A stretch of DNA of 19,819 nucleotides, taken from UHGV virus genome UHGV-0254309; one strand, 5' to 3'. Below are positions 11,396 to 19,094 of this stretch, piece by piece. The notes under the pieces are model-generated. The model ran no database searches. It was not told the origin of the DNA and saw only the letters and a list, made by a program, of their open reading frames with translations. The stretch is from a virus. The translations under genes and the position numbers were made by a program. Positions within the stretch are counted from its first letter, which is position 1; the number at the start of each line of letters is the position of its first letter.

Positions 11396-11785
11396 TCAGG
11401 CGGCTGCACCCGCCGTTTTCTCGTACTTACTGATAGTGATCTCGACCTTCCCTTTCGGGATAACCGGTCCCCACTCCACCAGCATTCTTTTCACCTGTCT
11501 GTCGTCTTCCCACACACCCGCGTGGGTCAGGGCGTCAAACAGCGCCTTGTTATAGTTGTCCAGATCGCGGATCCGGTTATCCGGAGGAAACAACACGATC
11601 TCCACTGAAGCAGGTGCCGACGTTGGTTTCGGCAGACGACGTAACTGCTCAACTATTGCTGCGCACGCCGCGCTCTGGAATTTGCGCCCCGCCGCGCTTA
11701 TCAGGCTTTTACCAGCAAACGCCCCTTTGTTAGGGTGTCGCCAGTACGTATTCACGCTGGGCGGGAAAGGCAGGATCAGTTTCAT
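11396..11785 (-). CDS. rusA: RusA-family Holliday-junction resolvase
   Basis: 129 aa; MKLILPFPPSVNTYWRH...DLDNYNKALFDALTHAGVWEDD carries the conserved RusA acidic motifs. Start overlaps the upstream stop (ATGA). Confidence 0.8.
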   Translation of the reverse strand: MKLILPFPPSVNTYWRHPNKGAFAGKSLISAAGRKFQSAACAAIVEQLRRLPKPTSAPASVEIVLFPPDNRIRDLDNYNKALFDALTHAGVWEDDRQVKRMLVEWGPVIPKGKVEITISKYEKTAGAAA

Positions 11786-12108
11786 ACTTTCAGGCCTCTC
11801 TCATGTAACCAGTGGGTTGCACGCAGCCTTGCGTTTTCCTCACCGGCAAGCAGTGAGCGGATAATCCCGACAGCCTCGCTGTCGTCGTCCTTCACCGCGG
11901 TATGAAGCGTTATCCCCCGGGCCACGCCACGCTTTATCGTGATGACGCCTTTTTTCTCCAGTGCGCGAAGATGCTCCACCGCTGCATTCACTGAACGGTA
12001 TCCCAGCATGGTTGCCACCTCCTGATTGGTTGGCGGGAAGCCACGTTCTTTCTGGTAAGAAATCAGCATATCCAGCACCTGCTGCTGGCATTGAGTTAAT
12101 GTCGTCAT
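11782..12108 (-). CDS. LexA-like winged-helix DNA-binding protein lacking the peptidase domain
   Basis: 108 aa; QQQVLDMLISYQKERGFPPTNQEVATMLGYRSVNAAVEHLRALEKKGVI parallels the LexA N-terminal domain, with no S24 Ser/Lys module. Start overlaps the methyltransferase stop (ATGA). Confidence 0.65.
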   Translation of the reverse strand: MTTLTQCQQQVLDMLISYQKERGFPPTNQEVATMLGYRSVNAAVEHLRALEKKGVITIKRGVARGITLHTAVKDDDSEAVGIIRSLLAGEENARLRATHWLHERGLKV

Positions 12109-12758
12109 GCCGCCATCTCCCTGACCAGTTTTTCCGCCTGCTGGCGAACCTGCGCCAGAAAGGCCTCACCACATGCCTCAAGTTCATCGCGCCCGATGTA
12201 GCTGATTGCCGGTCCCTTCCAGGTCTTGTCGAAAACAACAATAGCACCAGCGAAGAAAGCGCCTGTCGGCACCTGCTTCTCGTCCTTCGGTATAAACCAG
12301 GCAGGCAGTTCAAAACCAATACGCCCGCGAATAAAAGCAATATGATCTGCATCTTCCGGCCACCACACTTCGCTGGTGGCAGCTTTGATCAGGAAAACAT
12401 AGCGCCCGCCTTTATCACGCATGGCACTGGCATGTTTCATGATGTAACGCATGCCGGTGATGTATTGCCCCTCATGCTGACTGGCGCGGCTGTATGGGGG
12501 ATTACCAAAGGCAGCACCTTTAAGCTCCGCAAGACGTTCTGACCAGTCATGCGCCAGCGCGTTATCTTCCGCCGTGTAATACGCTGCACATTTGGCGTTA
12601 TCACCGTCAGTAAACAGATCCAGAACAAACGGGCCAAACAGGGTGTTAATTCCCCAAAAAATGTTGTCCGGTGTGCGCCACTGATCGCCCACTTCCTTCA
12701 GTTCATGGGCTGGTTTGTTCCGCAGTTCCACCAGCGCCTGGCAATATTTATTACTCAT
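12105..12758 (-). CDS. Phage orphan N6-adenine DNA methyltransferase (Dam-like)
   Basis: NPPY motif (GNPPYS) of amino-methyltransferases. Likely start is the ATG at 12758 in a TAATG overlap with the upstream stop (about 217 aa). No adjacent restriction endonuclease. Confidence 0.8.
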   Translation of the reverse strand: MSNKYCQALVELRNKPAHELKEVGDQWRTPDNIFWGINTLFGPFVLDLFTDGDNAKCAAYYTAEDNALAHDWSERLAELKGAAFGNPPYSRASQHEGQYITGMRYIMKHASAMRDKGGRYVFLIKAATSEVWWPEDADHIAFIRGRIGFELPAWFIPKDEKQVPTGAFFAGAIVVFDKTWKGPAISYIGRDELEACGEAFLAQVRQQAEKLVREMAA

Positions 12759-13246
12759 TAAGCCCCCACGTAATTCCCTGACAGATACCACTCTTCACCC
12801 GATGCAGCGCGCTTGCAGCTTTTCCGTAAGCACCGCTCACGACGCGTCAGAAAATTGTTTCGTTCTGGCTGGGAGTGGCTTTCACGGAATGCCGCCATCC
12901 ACACGGTTGCAGCACGACGGTATAAGCCCCTTGACTCCAGTTCTTCAGTCTGGCGGGTCAGGCACAAAATCACCCGGGGATCGTTAGTGCCGACATAGAA
13001 ATTGCGCACAGGTCTGGTTTCACGAACTGGTTGTGGTTCCGGCTCCTGCGCTCTCTCAGTCAGGCGTGGGAAATGTCTGCGTGTATCTCCTTCACAACGG
13101 TGAGCCACACGCCCACTCTGACGTAACTTGCTTGCTGACTGCAGAACGCGCTGCCGTGAGTAACCTGCAAAAGCATCCGCAATGTCTCCGGAAGTACACC
13201 CCGGATGGGCTTCAATGAATTTCTGAACTTCATTCAAAAGACTCAT
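12758..13246 (-). CDS. PerC-like transcriptional regulator with an extra N-terminal region
   Basis: Segment LESRGLYRRAATVWMAAF...RRERCL resembles the PerC/Pch family core. ATG at 13246 with GGGGGTG Shine-Dalgarno 2 nt after the O-like stop; listed ORF starts at GTG 13252. Confidence 0.5.
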   Translation of the reverse strand: MSLLNEVQKFIEAHPGCTSGDIADAFAGYSRQRVLQSASKLRQSGRVAHRCEGDTRRHFPRLTERAQEPEPQPVRETRPVRNFYVGTNDPRVILCLTRQTEELESRGLYRRAATVWMAAFRESHSQPERNNFLTRRERCLRKSCKRAASGEEWYLSGNYVGA

Positions 13247-13248
13247 GA

Positions 13249-14055
13249 TCACCCCCTGAATCCTGCCGGGATCTGGCTGTAGTCCACGTTGTCGTAACTG
13301 GCTTTGAAGTACGGGTCCTCACGTCTGGCTGCAGATACCGCAGGAACTTCCCAGGATTCTTCGAAATGACGATCCGGGCCAAAGAACGTGACAGCCTGTT
13401 TCACAAATTGTGTGCCGCTGTTACCCATCGCAGATACCCAGCCCGCGTAGCGTTTCACACCTTCCAGCATGGTTTCGGGGTTTACCCCCTCATTCAAACG
13501 GGCTTTCCAGGCTTTGAAGGCTGCAGATTTTGAATTGCCACCAGCACGTTTGGGATATACCAGCCATGCCTGCTCAAACTCCGGAGAGTATTCCGGTCGG
13601 TTTGAACGAACTCGCACGGACTCATCAACTGATGCACCAACAGCTATTGGTTCATTGACTGGTTCAAAAGAGTGACTGGTTCTGGGTGAATCTCCTGCAC
13701 TACCCCCTGGTGCAACTCCTGCACTACCTGGTGAATTTGCTGCACCAGATAGTGAATTATTTGCACTACCCCCTAGTGAATCTCCTGCACCATCAAGATG
13801 AAGGAGATAGATATTACTTGAGTTACCTTTTTCACCTTTCCGGGTGACTTTTTTTACCAGCCCGGACTCACAAAGGGCCGCAATATGATTCATCACAGAA
13901 CGTTTGCTAATCTCGCACTGGTCAGCAATATGCTGGTAGCTGGGCCAGCACTCACCCTGATCGCTGGCATTATCAGCCAGCTTGATCAGAACCAGTTTTC
14001 GCAATGGATTACCCACTCGAATTTTCATCGCTTTAACCATCAGCTCCATACTCAT
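13249..14055 (-). CDS. Replication initiator, lambda-O-like architecture (N-terminal wHTH, repeat-encoded linker, C-terminal domain)
   Basis: 268 aa; N-terminal winged HTH (LRKLVLIKLADNASDQGECWPSYQHIADQCEISKRSVMNHIAALCESGLV), low-complexity linker encoded by direct DNA repeats, distinct C-terminal domain. ATG overlaps upstream stop. Confidence 0.7.
   Translation of the reverse strand: MSMELMVKAMKIRVGNPLRKLVLIKLADNASDQGECWPSYQHIADQCEISKRSVMNHIAALCESGLVKKVTRKGEKGNSSNIYLLHLDGAGDSLGGSANNSLSGAANSPGSAGVAPGGSAGDSPRTSHSFEPVNEPIAVGASVDESVRVRSNRPEYSPEFEQAWLVYPKRAGGNSKSAAFKAWKARLNEGVNPETMLEGVKRYAGWVSAMGNSGTQFVKQAVTFFGPDRHFEESWEVPAVSAARREDPYFKASYDNVDYSQIPAGFRG
13685..13798. repeat. Iteron-like direct repeats inside the initiator gene (candidate phage replication origin)
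   Basis: About five 21-24 bp repeats with core (G/A)GTGAAT..CTGCAC (e.g. GGTGAATCTCCTGCACTACCCCCT, AGTGAATCTCCTGCACCATCAAG), flanked at 13800-13860 by an AT-rich stretch. Confidence 0.6.
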
Positions 14056-14276
14056 GCTGCACCTCCGAGATGCTTCATGTTTTTTCCGGAGCGAAAGGCT
14101 ATAAGCGGCATACTGACGCGGTAATTACGGCCCAGCGGTTCACAAATCACCTTCTGACATTCACGGTCAACCAGGCTAACACGTAGAACATGCCCTGCAG
14201 GTGTGGTATACCACTGACCCGGACGAGGACAACGGAAAGTCTGATTGGTAAACCGTTTGAAAATATTCCGGATCAT
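14052..14276 (-). CDS. Hypothetical small protein (74 aa)
   Basis: Tightly packed between the Rha-domain ORF and the initiator gene, with start/stop overlaps on both sides. No recognisable domain. Confidence 0.45.
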   Translation of the reverse strand: MIRNIFKRFTNQTFRCPRPGQWYTTPAGHVLRVSLVDRECQKVICEPLGRNYRVSMPLIAFRSGKNMKHLGGAA

Positions 14277-15421
14277 TTGCGCCCCCTTACCTCTGAAGGG
14301 TTCAGCGACAAATTTATGAGGCAGGCCAGCGCCGAAGCATCATTAATATAGTCATACAAGCTAACAGCCAGCGGAGATTCGGCTTTTGCCAACATAGGAT
14401 AAAGCTGCTGCAGCCAGACCTGATGAATTGATGAAATGTAGGAATAGAGAACGCTGGCGTTATGTGCAACGTCGCTCGGTACAGGGGGTTTTGAAAGCTG
14501 TTTCTCCATCTGGTTAAAGGCATTGATATATGCCTCTTTGAACTGGGCAGCACGTTTACCCGTGAAACCCATAGCAAGAAACGCAAAGCCGTCGCGGGTT
14601 ATTTGATAGCAAGGTAGTTTGCGGCCTGATGCGTCGATGTACTCACTGAGCTGAAAATTCAGCTCAGTAAATTCGGCAGAGCATTCAAGAGACGCAATTT
14701 TTTGAATGACATTTTTGTGTTGTTTGCCGAAATAACTAGCAACAGCCAGAGAAGAAGTAACAACTTTGTCTGCAATAATGCAAAGTTCAGGTTGTACTAA
14801 GGCAGGGATCGTAGCCATGATGGCAGCCTCCGTATGCAATGGATAACTTCCACCACCGGAAACGCCAATTTCGCTGGTGGTGAACTGAGCAGGGTTGGCG
14901 TAACCGGCGCATACGGAAACCGGCGCACCTTTCGGTGCCCCCACCCAGCCCACCATAATTTGGGTATAGCTGAGTTGTAGCAACAAAAAAGACGCTAACG
15001 CGCCAATTGTCGCCGTATGCAATTCCAGGACGCCAATCCCGGCACCCGCTTTATAAGGTGCCTGAACAGTGTAACGTCCCGGAATGGCAGAATCAATGTG
15101 CTGGTGGTCCTTCACACTCAACAAAATCACGCCTGAATTTCCACAAAGGACTAAAGCACTCATGCGGGTAGTCTTTGCGAAGATAGATAACGCGCTGTGT
15201 TTCTGGTTCCCAACGAATAACATGAACATAAAGCCCTCTTCCGTCACGAAACCAGCGGTTAAGTTCCTGCACAACTCGCCCCCCACAGTCAGGTAAAGTT
15301 CTCTGTGGTTACTTACAGCCAGGTGATTTGGTAATCTGCATTCATGCCGTAACAACAGGTGTTCAGAGACGCTGACCACCAGCTGTTGCGACAAACGGTT
15401 ATTTGCCGTTAAACTGTTCAT
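14273..15421 (-). CDS. Rha-family phage regulatory protein with a roughly 200 aa N-terminal extension of unknown function
   Basis: Residues about 215-300 (VTSSLAVASYFGKQHKNVIQKI...YQITRDGFAFLAMGFTGKRAAQFKEAYINAF) match the Rha domain. Long ORF starts at an ATG overlapping the upstream stop; an internal ATG at about 14818 with GGAGG upstream would give a 181 aa Rha-only product. Confidence 0.6.
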   Translation of the reverse strand: MNSLTANNRLSQQLVVSVSEHLLLRHECRLPNHLAVSNHRELYLTVGGELCRNLTAGFVTEEGFMFMLFVGNQKHSALSIFAKTTRMSALVLCGNSGVILLSVKDHQHIDSAIPGRYTVQAPYKAGAGIGVLELHTATIGALASFLLLQLSYTQIMVGWVGAPKGAPVSVCAGYANPAQFTTSEIGVSGGGSYPLHTEAAIMATIPALVQPELCIIADKVVTSSLAVASYFGKQHKNVIQKIASLECSAEFTELNFQLSEYIDASGRKLPCYQITRDGFAFLAMGFTGKRAAQFKEAYINAFNQMEKQLSKPPVPSDVAHNASVLYSYISSIHQVWLQQLYPMLAKAESPLAVSLYDYINDASALACLINLSLNPSEVRGRK

Positions 15422-15969
15422 GCGTTAGTTTCTCCACAGACACAAAACGCCACGACGCCCGGAGCTGCACACTCGCGGGCGTCACTCTTTTCTGGAGCGC
15501 AAAAGATTTTGTAGACCAGTGCTGCATGCTCCTGGAGCTTCGAAATTGACAGATACAACTCATCATTAATTGCTGTCTGCTCGTGTGGCTCCACTACCCC
15601 ATCTTCGATTGCCGAACGAATCTGTTTTGAGTAACTCCCGATCTGTTCGATGACTTCCAGCAGGCGCTGGTTTATATCGGCGTTCTCAACTTCCTCAATG
15701 TCAGGAAGCGATACAAACACCCCACCTGCAGACTGTGCGACAGCATCCGCAATGTAGTGAGTGCCAGCCGCGCGCTGTAAAATCATTGCCCATCCCAGCG
15801 GGAAAATCTGATCGCCATCTGCACGAAGGCGGTTGAATAAAGCGTTCTCTGTTACATCCAGCCACTCAGCAGCTTCAGCGTAACCCCCCGGCAACGCCGC
15901 GATAGTTTTTCTGACAGCTTTCACGTACCACTCAGGCTGTTTTTCCACTTTCCAGTGATGCTTACCCAC
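15418..15969 (-). CDS. Early regulatory protein in the cII position (function uncertain)
   Basis: 183 aa; GTG start preceded by a perfect AGGAGGT Shine-Dalgarno and overlapping the cro-like stop. Assigned by position only; no confident family match. Confidence 0.45.
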   Translation of the reverse strand: MGKHHWKVEKQPEWYVKAVRKTIAALPGGYAEAAEWLDVTENALFNRLRADGDQIFPLGWAMILQRAAGTHYIADAVAQSAGGVFVSLPDIEEVENADINQRLLEVIEQIGSYSKQIRSAIEDGVVEPHEQTAINDELYLSISKLQEHAALVYKIFCAPEKSDARECAAPGVVAFCVCGETNA

Positions 15970-16222
15970 GGCTTACCTCCTGTTCCTGTGGTTTAAACCC
16001 ATTCTGGTTTTGGCTAGATTGAAAACGTGCCGGATAAAGAATCTGCATTTCGCTGATTTCACCCTTAAAAAAATTGGCCAGACGCTCTGCAAGATCGATA
16101 GATGGAATTTGTTCCAGTCTCTCAATACGACTCAGCGTTGCTGGATTAACCTGAACGCCCGCAGCAACATGCTGCAAAGTAAACCCGTGCGCCTTACGCA
16201 CATTTCGTAATGGTGATTGCAT
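15962..16222 (-). CDS. Cro-like HTH (XRE family) regulator
   Basis: 86 aa with helix-turn-helix (HGFTLQHVAAGVQVNPATLSRIE). Divergent from the CI-like repressor across an operator-rich region; GGAGG Shine-Dalgarno. Confidence 0.75.
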   Translation of the reverse strand: MQSPLRNVRKAHGFTLQHVAAGVQVNPATLSRIERLEQIPSIDLAERLANFFKGEISEMQILYPARFQSSQNQNGFKPQEQEVSRG

Positions 16223-16319
16223 ATAACCTCCACATATTGCGTGATGAGCATATTATTTCACGCAAATATTTTGCGCAAGTTGATTTGCTTAACGCGCAAT
16301 AAAGAAATGTAATAAACGC
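16223..16319. promoter_or_regulatory. Immunity-region operator/promoter block (OR) with divergent PR-like and PRM-like promoters
   Basis: Operator-like sites: TTGCGTGA-N13-TCACGCAA (about 16237-16265), palindrome TTGCGCAA (16271-16278), TTGCTTAACGCGCAA (16285-16299). Minus strand: TTGCGC, 17 bp, TAATAT (PR-like). Plus strand: TTGCTT, 17 bp, TGTAAT ending about 6 nt before the cI ATG, with no Shine-Dalgarno. Confidence 0.6.
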
Positions 16320-17012
16320 ATGAACATAGGAAACCGAGTCAGACAACTTCGCCAGGCGAAGAACATGAAAATCGCCGATCTCGCTGAAGCAATAGGAGTG
16401 GATGCGGCGAATATCTCGCGCCTGGAAACAGGTAAGCAGAAACAATTCACTGAACAAGCCCTGAGTAATATTGCCAGGAGCTTAGGTGTTGATATTGCTG
16501 ATCTCTTTACCTCAGACGTCAAAAGTAATACTGTATGTAAAAACAGTATTAGTGAGGATGTTGCGCAGGTGAAGGATGTATTCCGTATTGAAATGCTGGA
16601 TGTCAGTGCCAGTGCGGGAAATGGCCTTATCCAGGGCGGTGATGTCATTGATGTGATTCATGCCATTGAATACAGAACTGATAATGCTGTATCGATGTTT
16701 GGCGGACGACCAGCCAATCACATTAAAGTTATCAACGTTCGTGGGGACAGTATGTGTCCAACCATTGAGCCAGGAGATCTCATCTTCGTTGATGTCAGTA
16801 TCAATCAGTTTGATGGAGATGGTATCTATGTATTTGGTTTTGATGATAAAATTTATGTCAAACGACTGCAAATGATACCTGACAAACTACTGGTGATATC
16901 TGATAACCAGATTTACCGTGAATGGGGAATTACCAGCGAAAATGAACACCGGTTTATGGTCTTTGGAAAGGTCTTAATCAGCCAGTCACAAACCCTTAAA
17001 CGACACAATTAA
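16320..17012 (+). CDS. CI-like prophage repressor (HTH plus S24 LexA-type autopeptidase domain)
   Basis: 230 aa; N-terminal XRE HTH (RVRQLRQAKNMKIADLAEAIGVDAANISRLETGK), Ala-Gly cleavage-site candidate (SASAGNG), catalytic Ser in GDSMCPT and Lys in VKRLQ. Confidence 0.85.
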   Translation: MNIGNRVRQLRQAKNMKIADLAEAIGVDAANISRLETGKQKQFTEQALSNIARSLGVDIADLFTSDVKSNTVCKNSISEDVAQVKDVFRIEMLDVSASAGNGLIQGGDVIDVIHAIEYRTDNAVSMFGGRPANHIKVINVRGDSMCPTIEPGDLIFVDVSINQFDGDGIYVFGFDDKIYVKRLQMIPDKLLVISDNQIYREWGITSENEHRFMVFGKVLISQSQTLKRHN

Positions 17013-17032
17013 CCCTTACTTCCTCATCAATT

Positions 17033-17056
17033 AGCCACCCGAAGGTGGCTTTTCAT
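17033..17056 (+). terminator. Rho-independent terminator downstream of cI
   Basis: Stem AGCCACC / GGTGGCT with CGAA loop followed by TTTTCATT, about 20 nt after the cI stop. Confidence 0.6.
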
Positions 17057-17067
17057 TACCCATCAAA

Positions 17068-17106
17068 TTGCATATCTCGCAATAAAAACACTTGCATAAT
17101 GCGCAA
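17068..17106 (+). promoter_or_regulatory. OL-like operator pair, presumed PL region
   Basis: Two 15-bp sites TTGCATATCTCGCAA and TTGCATAATGCGCAA share the TTGC-N7-GCAA pattern seen in OR. Promoter hexamers could not be placed with consensus spacing. Confidence 0.5.
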
Positions 17107-17531
17107 CTTCATTTTATCTTTCTTTCCAGACCAACAAACAAGGTACTAACAAAATTTGGTTGTAACACGGCGTATGGCACATGCGTCGTTAGCGGTCTGG
17201 GGACGTTAAAGGGGACAATCCACTCCTTGCTCGGGCAAACAAACCAGGTAGCCGGAATGTGCAAGTCAATGATGATGCTGATAAGACGCCTAACCAGCGC
17301 GGCGATCCGGTTTGACGCCTGGGAAGAGACCAGGGTGCAACGATGAGGGCATTTATGGAACCGCGACAAAGTGTGGTGCCGTAACTGGCTAAGTGCTCTC
17401 AGCGTTGTGGTAATCCGCGAAATGGCGCGGCGGTAAGTATGGCGGGGTTACTCTTTCCCCGTTGAGGACACCGGATTGTCAGGTTGACCATACGCCTGAG
17501 TGACAACCCCACCACAACAGCCACTGCTTTG

Positions 17532-17583
17532 GCGGTACCAGTTTGTACACTTGCTTCCGGCTGGTACCGCTCTTTTTACAAAA
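17532..17583 (+). terminator. Hairpin plus T-run in the PL leader, overlapping a boxA-like motif
   Basis: Perfect 10-bp inverted repeat GCGGTACCAG...CTGGTACCGC (19-nt loop) followed by TCTTTTTACAAAA; the CGCTCTTTTTACAAAA stretch resembles boxA. Confidence 0.4.
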
Positions 17584-17714
17584 CAGAGAAGAGCATCACC
17601 GGACGACGGGCTCATAACCCAATCCATCCGGGCGGCTGCCACCGCAGGTGTTCTTCTCTGTTTTGTGGAGAAACCAACCGGCCTTGCAGGGTCGATATGA
17701 TGAGGAGCAGCAAA

Positions 17715-18077
17715 ATGGCTAGCGAACGCAGTACTGATGTGCAGGCATTTATCGGGGAGCTGGACGGCGGCGTATTTGAAACCAAAATCGGCGCAGTTCT
17801 CAGTGAAGTCGCTTCCGGTGTGATGAACACGAAAACCAAAGGTAAGGTCTCGCTCAACCTGGAAATCGAACCGTTTGATGAGAACCGTGTGAAAATCAAG
17901 CACAAACTCTCATATGTTCGCCCGACTAACCGCGGGAAAATTTCCGAAGAAGACACCACCGAAACGCCGATGTATGTCAATCGCGGTGGTCGCCTGACTA
18001 TTCTGCAGGAAGACCAGGGACAATTACTGACTCTTGCCGGTGAACCTGACGGAAAACTCCGCGCAGCAGGTCATTAA
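17715..18077 (+). CDS. yfdP: YfdP-like prophage protein
   Basis: 120 aa from the ATG at 17715, which has GAGGAG 7 nt upstream (MASERSTDVQAFIGELDGGVFETKIG...). The longer listed frame includes the leader hairpin and is probably not translated. Confidence 0.7.
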   Translation: MASERSTDVQAFIGELDGGVFETKIGAVLSEVASGVMNTKTKGKVSLNLEIEPFDENRVKIKHKLSYVRPTNRGKISEEDTTETPMYVNRGGRLTILQEDQGQLLTLAGEPDGKLRAAGH

Positions 18078-18142
18078 TATCGTTCTTAATTAACTGATTA
18101 TTTATCTCATCACTGAATATCTTTATATAGTGAGGACTTATT

Positions 18143-18967
18143 ATGTCTCAGAACTTAGACGCAACCGCAATTAATCAAATCCATGCCCTTATTTCTGCTC
18201 AGGGTGTTAATGAAATTATCAGTAAGATTGGTGCCGATGCTGTGGCATTGCCTGAGAATTTCCGCATTCATGATCTGGAAAAATTTAATTTAAATCGCTT
18301 CCGTTTCCGTGGTGCGCTTTCCACTGCCAGCATCGATGACTTTACCCGTTATTCTAAAGATCTTGCAGATGAAGGCACCCGCTGCTTTATCGATGCTGAT
18401 AATATGCGTGCCGTCAGTGTACTTAACCTGGGTACTATTGATGAACCAGGTCACGCAGATAACACCGCCACTCTCAAACTGAAAAAGACAGCACCGTTCT
18501 CTGCCCTGTTGTCTGTTAACGGCGAGCGTAACTCCCAGAAGTCACTGGCAGAATGGATTGAAGACTGGGCCGACTACCTTGTGGGCTTTGATGCTAATGG
18601 TGACGCTATTCAGGCAACAAAAGCGGCTGCGGCAGTCCGTAAAATCACGATTGAAGCAAACCAGACCGCTGATTTTGAAGATAATGACTTCAGCGGCAAA
18701 CGCTCCCTGATGGAGTCTGTCGAAGCGAAGACCAAAGACATTATGCCAGTGGCATTTGAATTTAAATGCGTTCCGTTTGAAGGCCTTAAAGAACGTCCGT
18801 TTAAATTACGCCTCAACATTATCACTGGCGATCGTCCTGTACTGGTTCTGCGCATTATTCAGCTGGAAGCAGTGCAGGAAGAAATGGCTAACGAATTTCG
18901 TGATCTGCTTGTTGAGAAATTTAAAGACAGCAAAGTAGAAACCTTTATTGGTACTTTCACCGCCTGA
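18143..18967 (+). CDS. yfdQ: YfdQ-like protein (DUF2303)
   Basis: 274 aa ORF with GAGGA Shine-Dalgarno, [30 protein letters not shown]..., recognised as the YfdQ family. Confidence 0.8.
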   Translation: MSQNLDATAINQIHALISAQGVNEIISKIGADAVALPENFRIHDLEKFNLNRFRFRGALSTASIDDFTRYSKDLADEGTRCFIDADNMRAVSVLNLGTIDEPGHADNTATLKLKKTAPFSALLSVNGERNSQKSLAEWIEDWADYLVGFDANGDAIQATKAAAAVRKITIEANQTADFEDNDFSGKRSLMESVEAKTKDIMPVAFEFKCVPFEGLKERPFKLRLNIITGDRPVLVLRIIQLEAVQEEMANEFRDLLVEKFKDSKVETFIGTFTA

Positions 18968-19094
18968 TTTCATTACTGCAAATGCCCCTGCGGGGGCATT
19001 TATGGAAACATAATTTACTCAATAATCGCCGGATGGTGATGGCTTCCTTTTACCAGAATTCAGCGCGGTACAGCGCATATACGTGGAGAACAAT

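Noticed and set aside
11840-12542. ORFs 11840-12352 (minus) and 11961-12542 (plus) overlapping the LexA-like and methyltransferase genes
   Set aside because: Alternative frames of the methyltransferase/LexA-like region with Arg- and Gly-rich low-complexity products; the NPPY-containing frame is clearly the real one.
17092-17346. 84 aa plus-strand ORF starting inside the OL-like operators, considered as a possible N antiterminator
   Set aside because: It begins within the operator sites, lacks a Shine-Dalgarno, and has no N-terminal arginine-rich motif; composition is not N-like.
17484-17714. N-terminal extension of the yfdP frame (listed ORF 17484-18077) and overlapping ORFs 17448-17903, 17500-17700, 17612-17980
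   Set aside because: The extension contains the hairpin/T-run element and has no translation signal, whereas the ATG at 17715 has an ideal GAGGAG Shine-Dalgarno and gives the expected 120 aa product.
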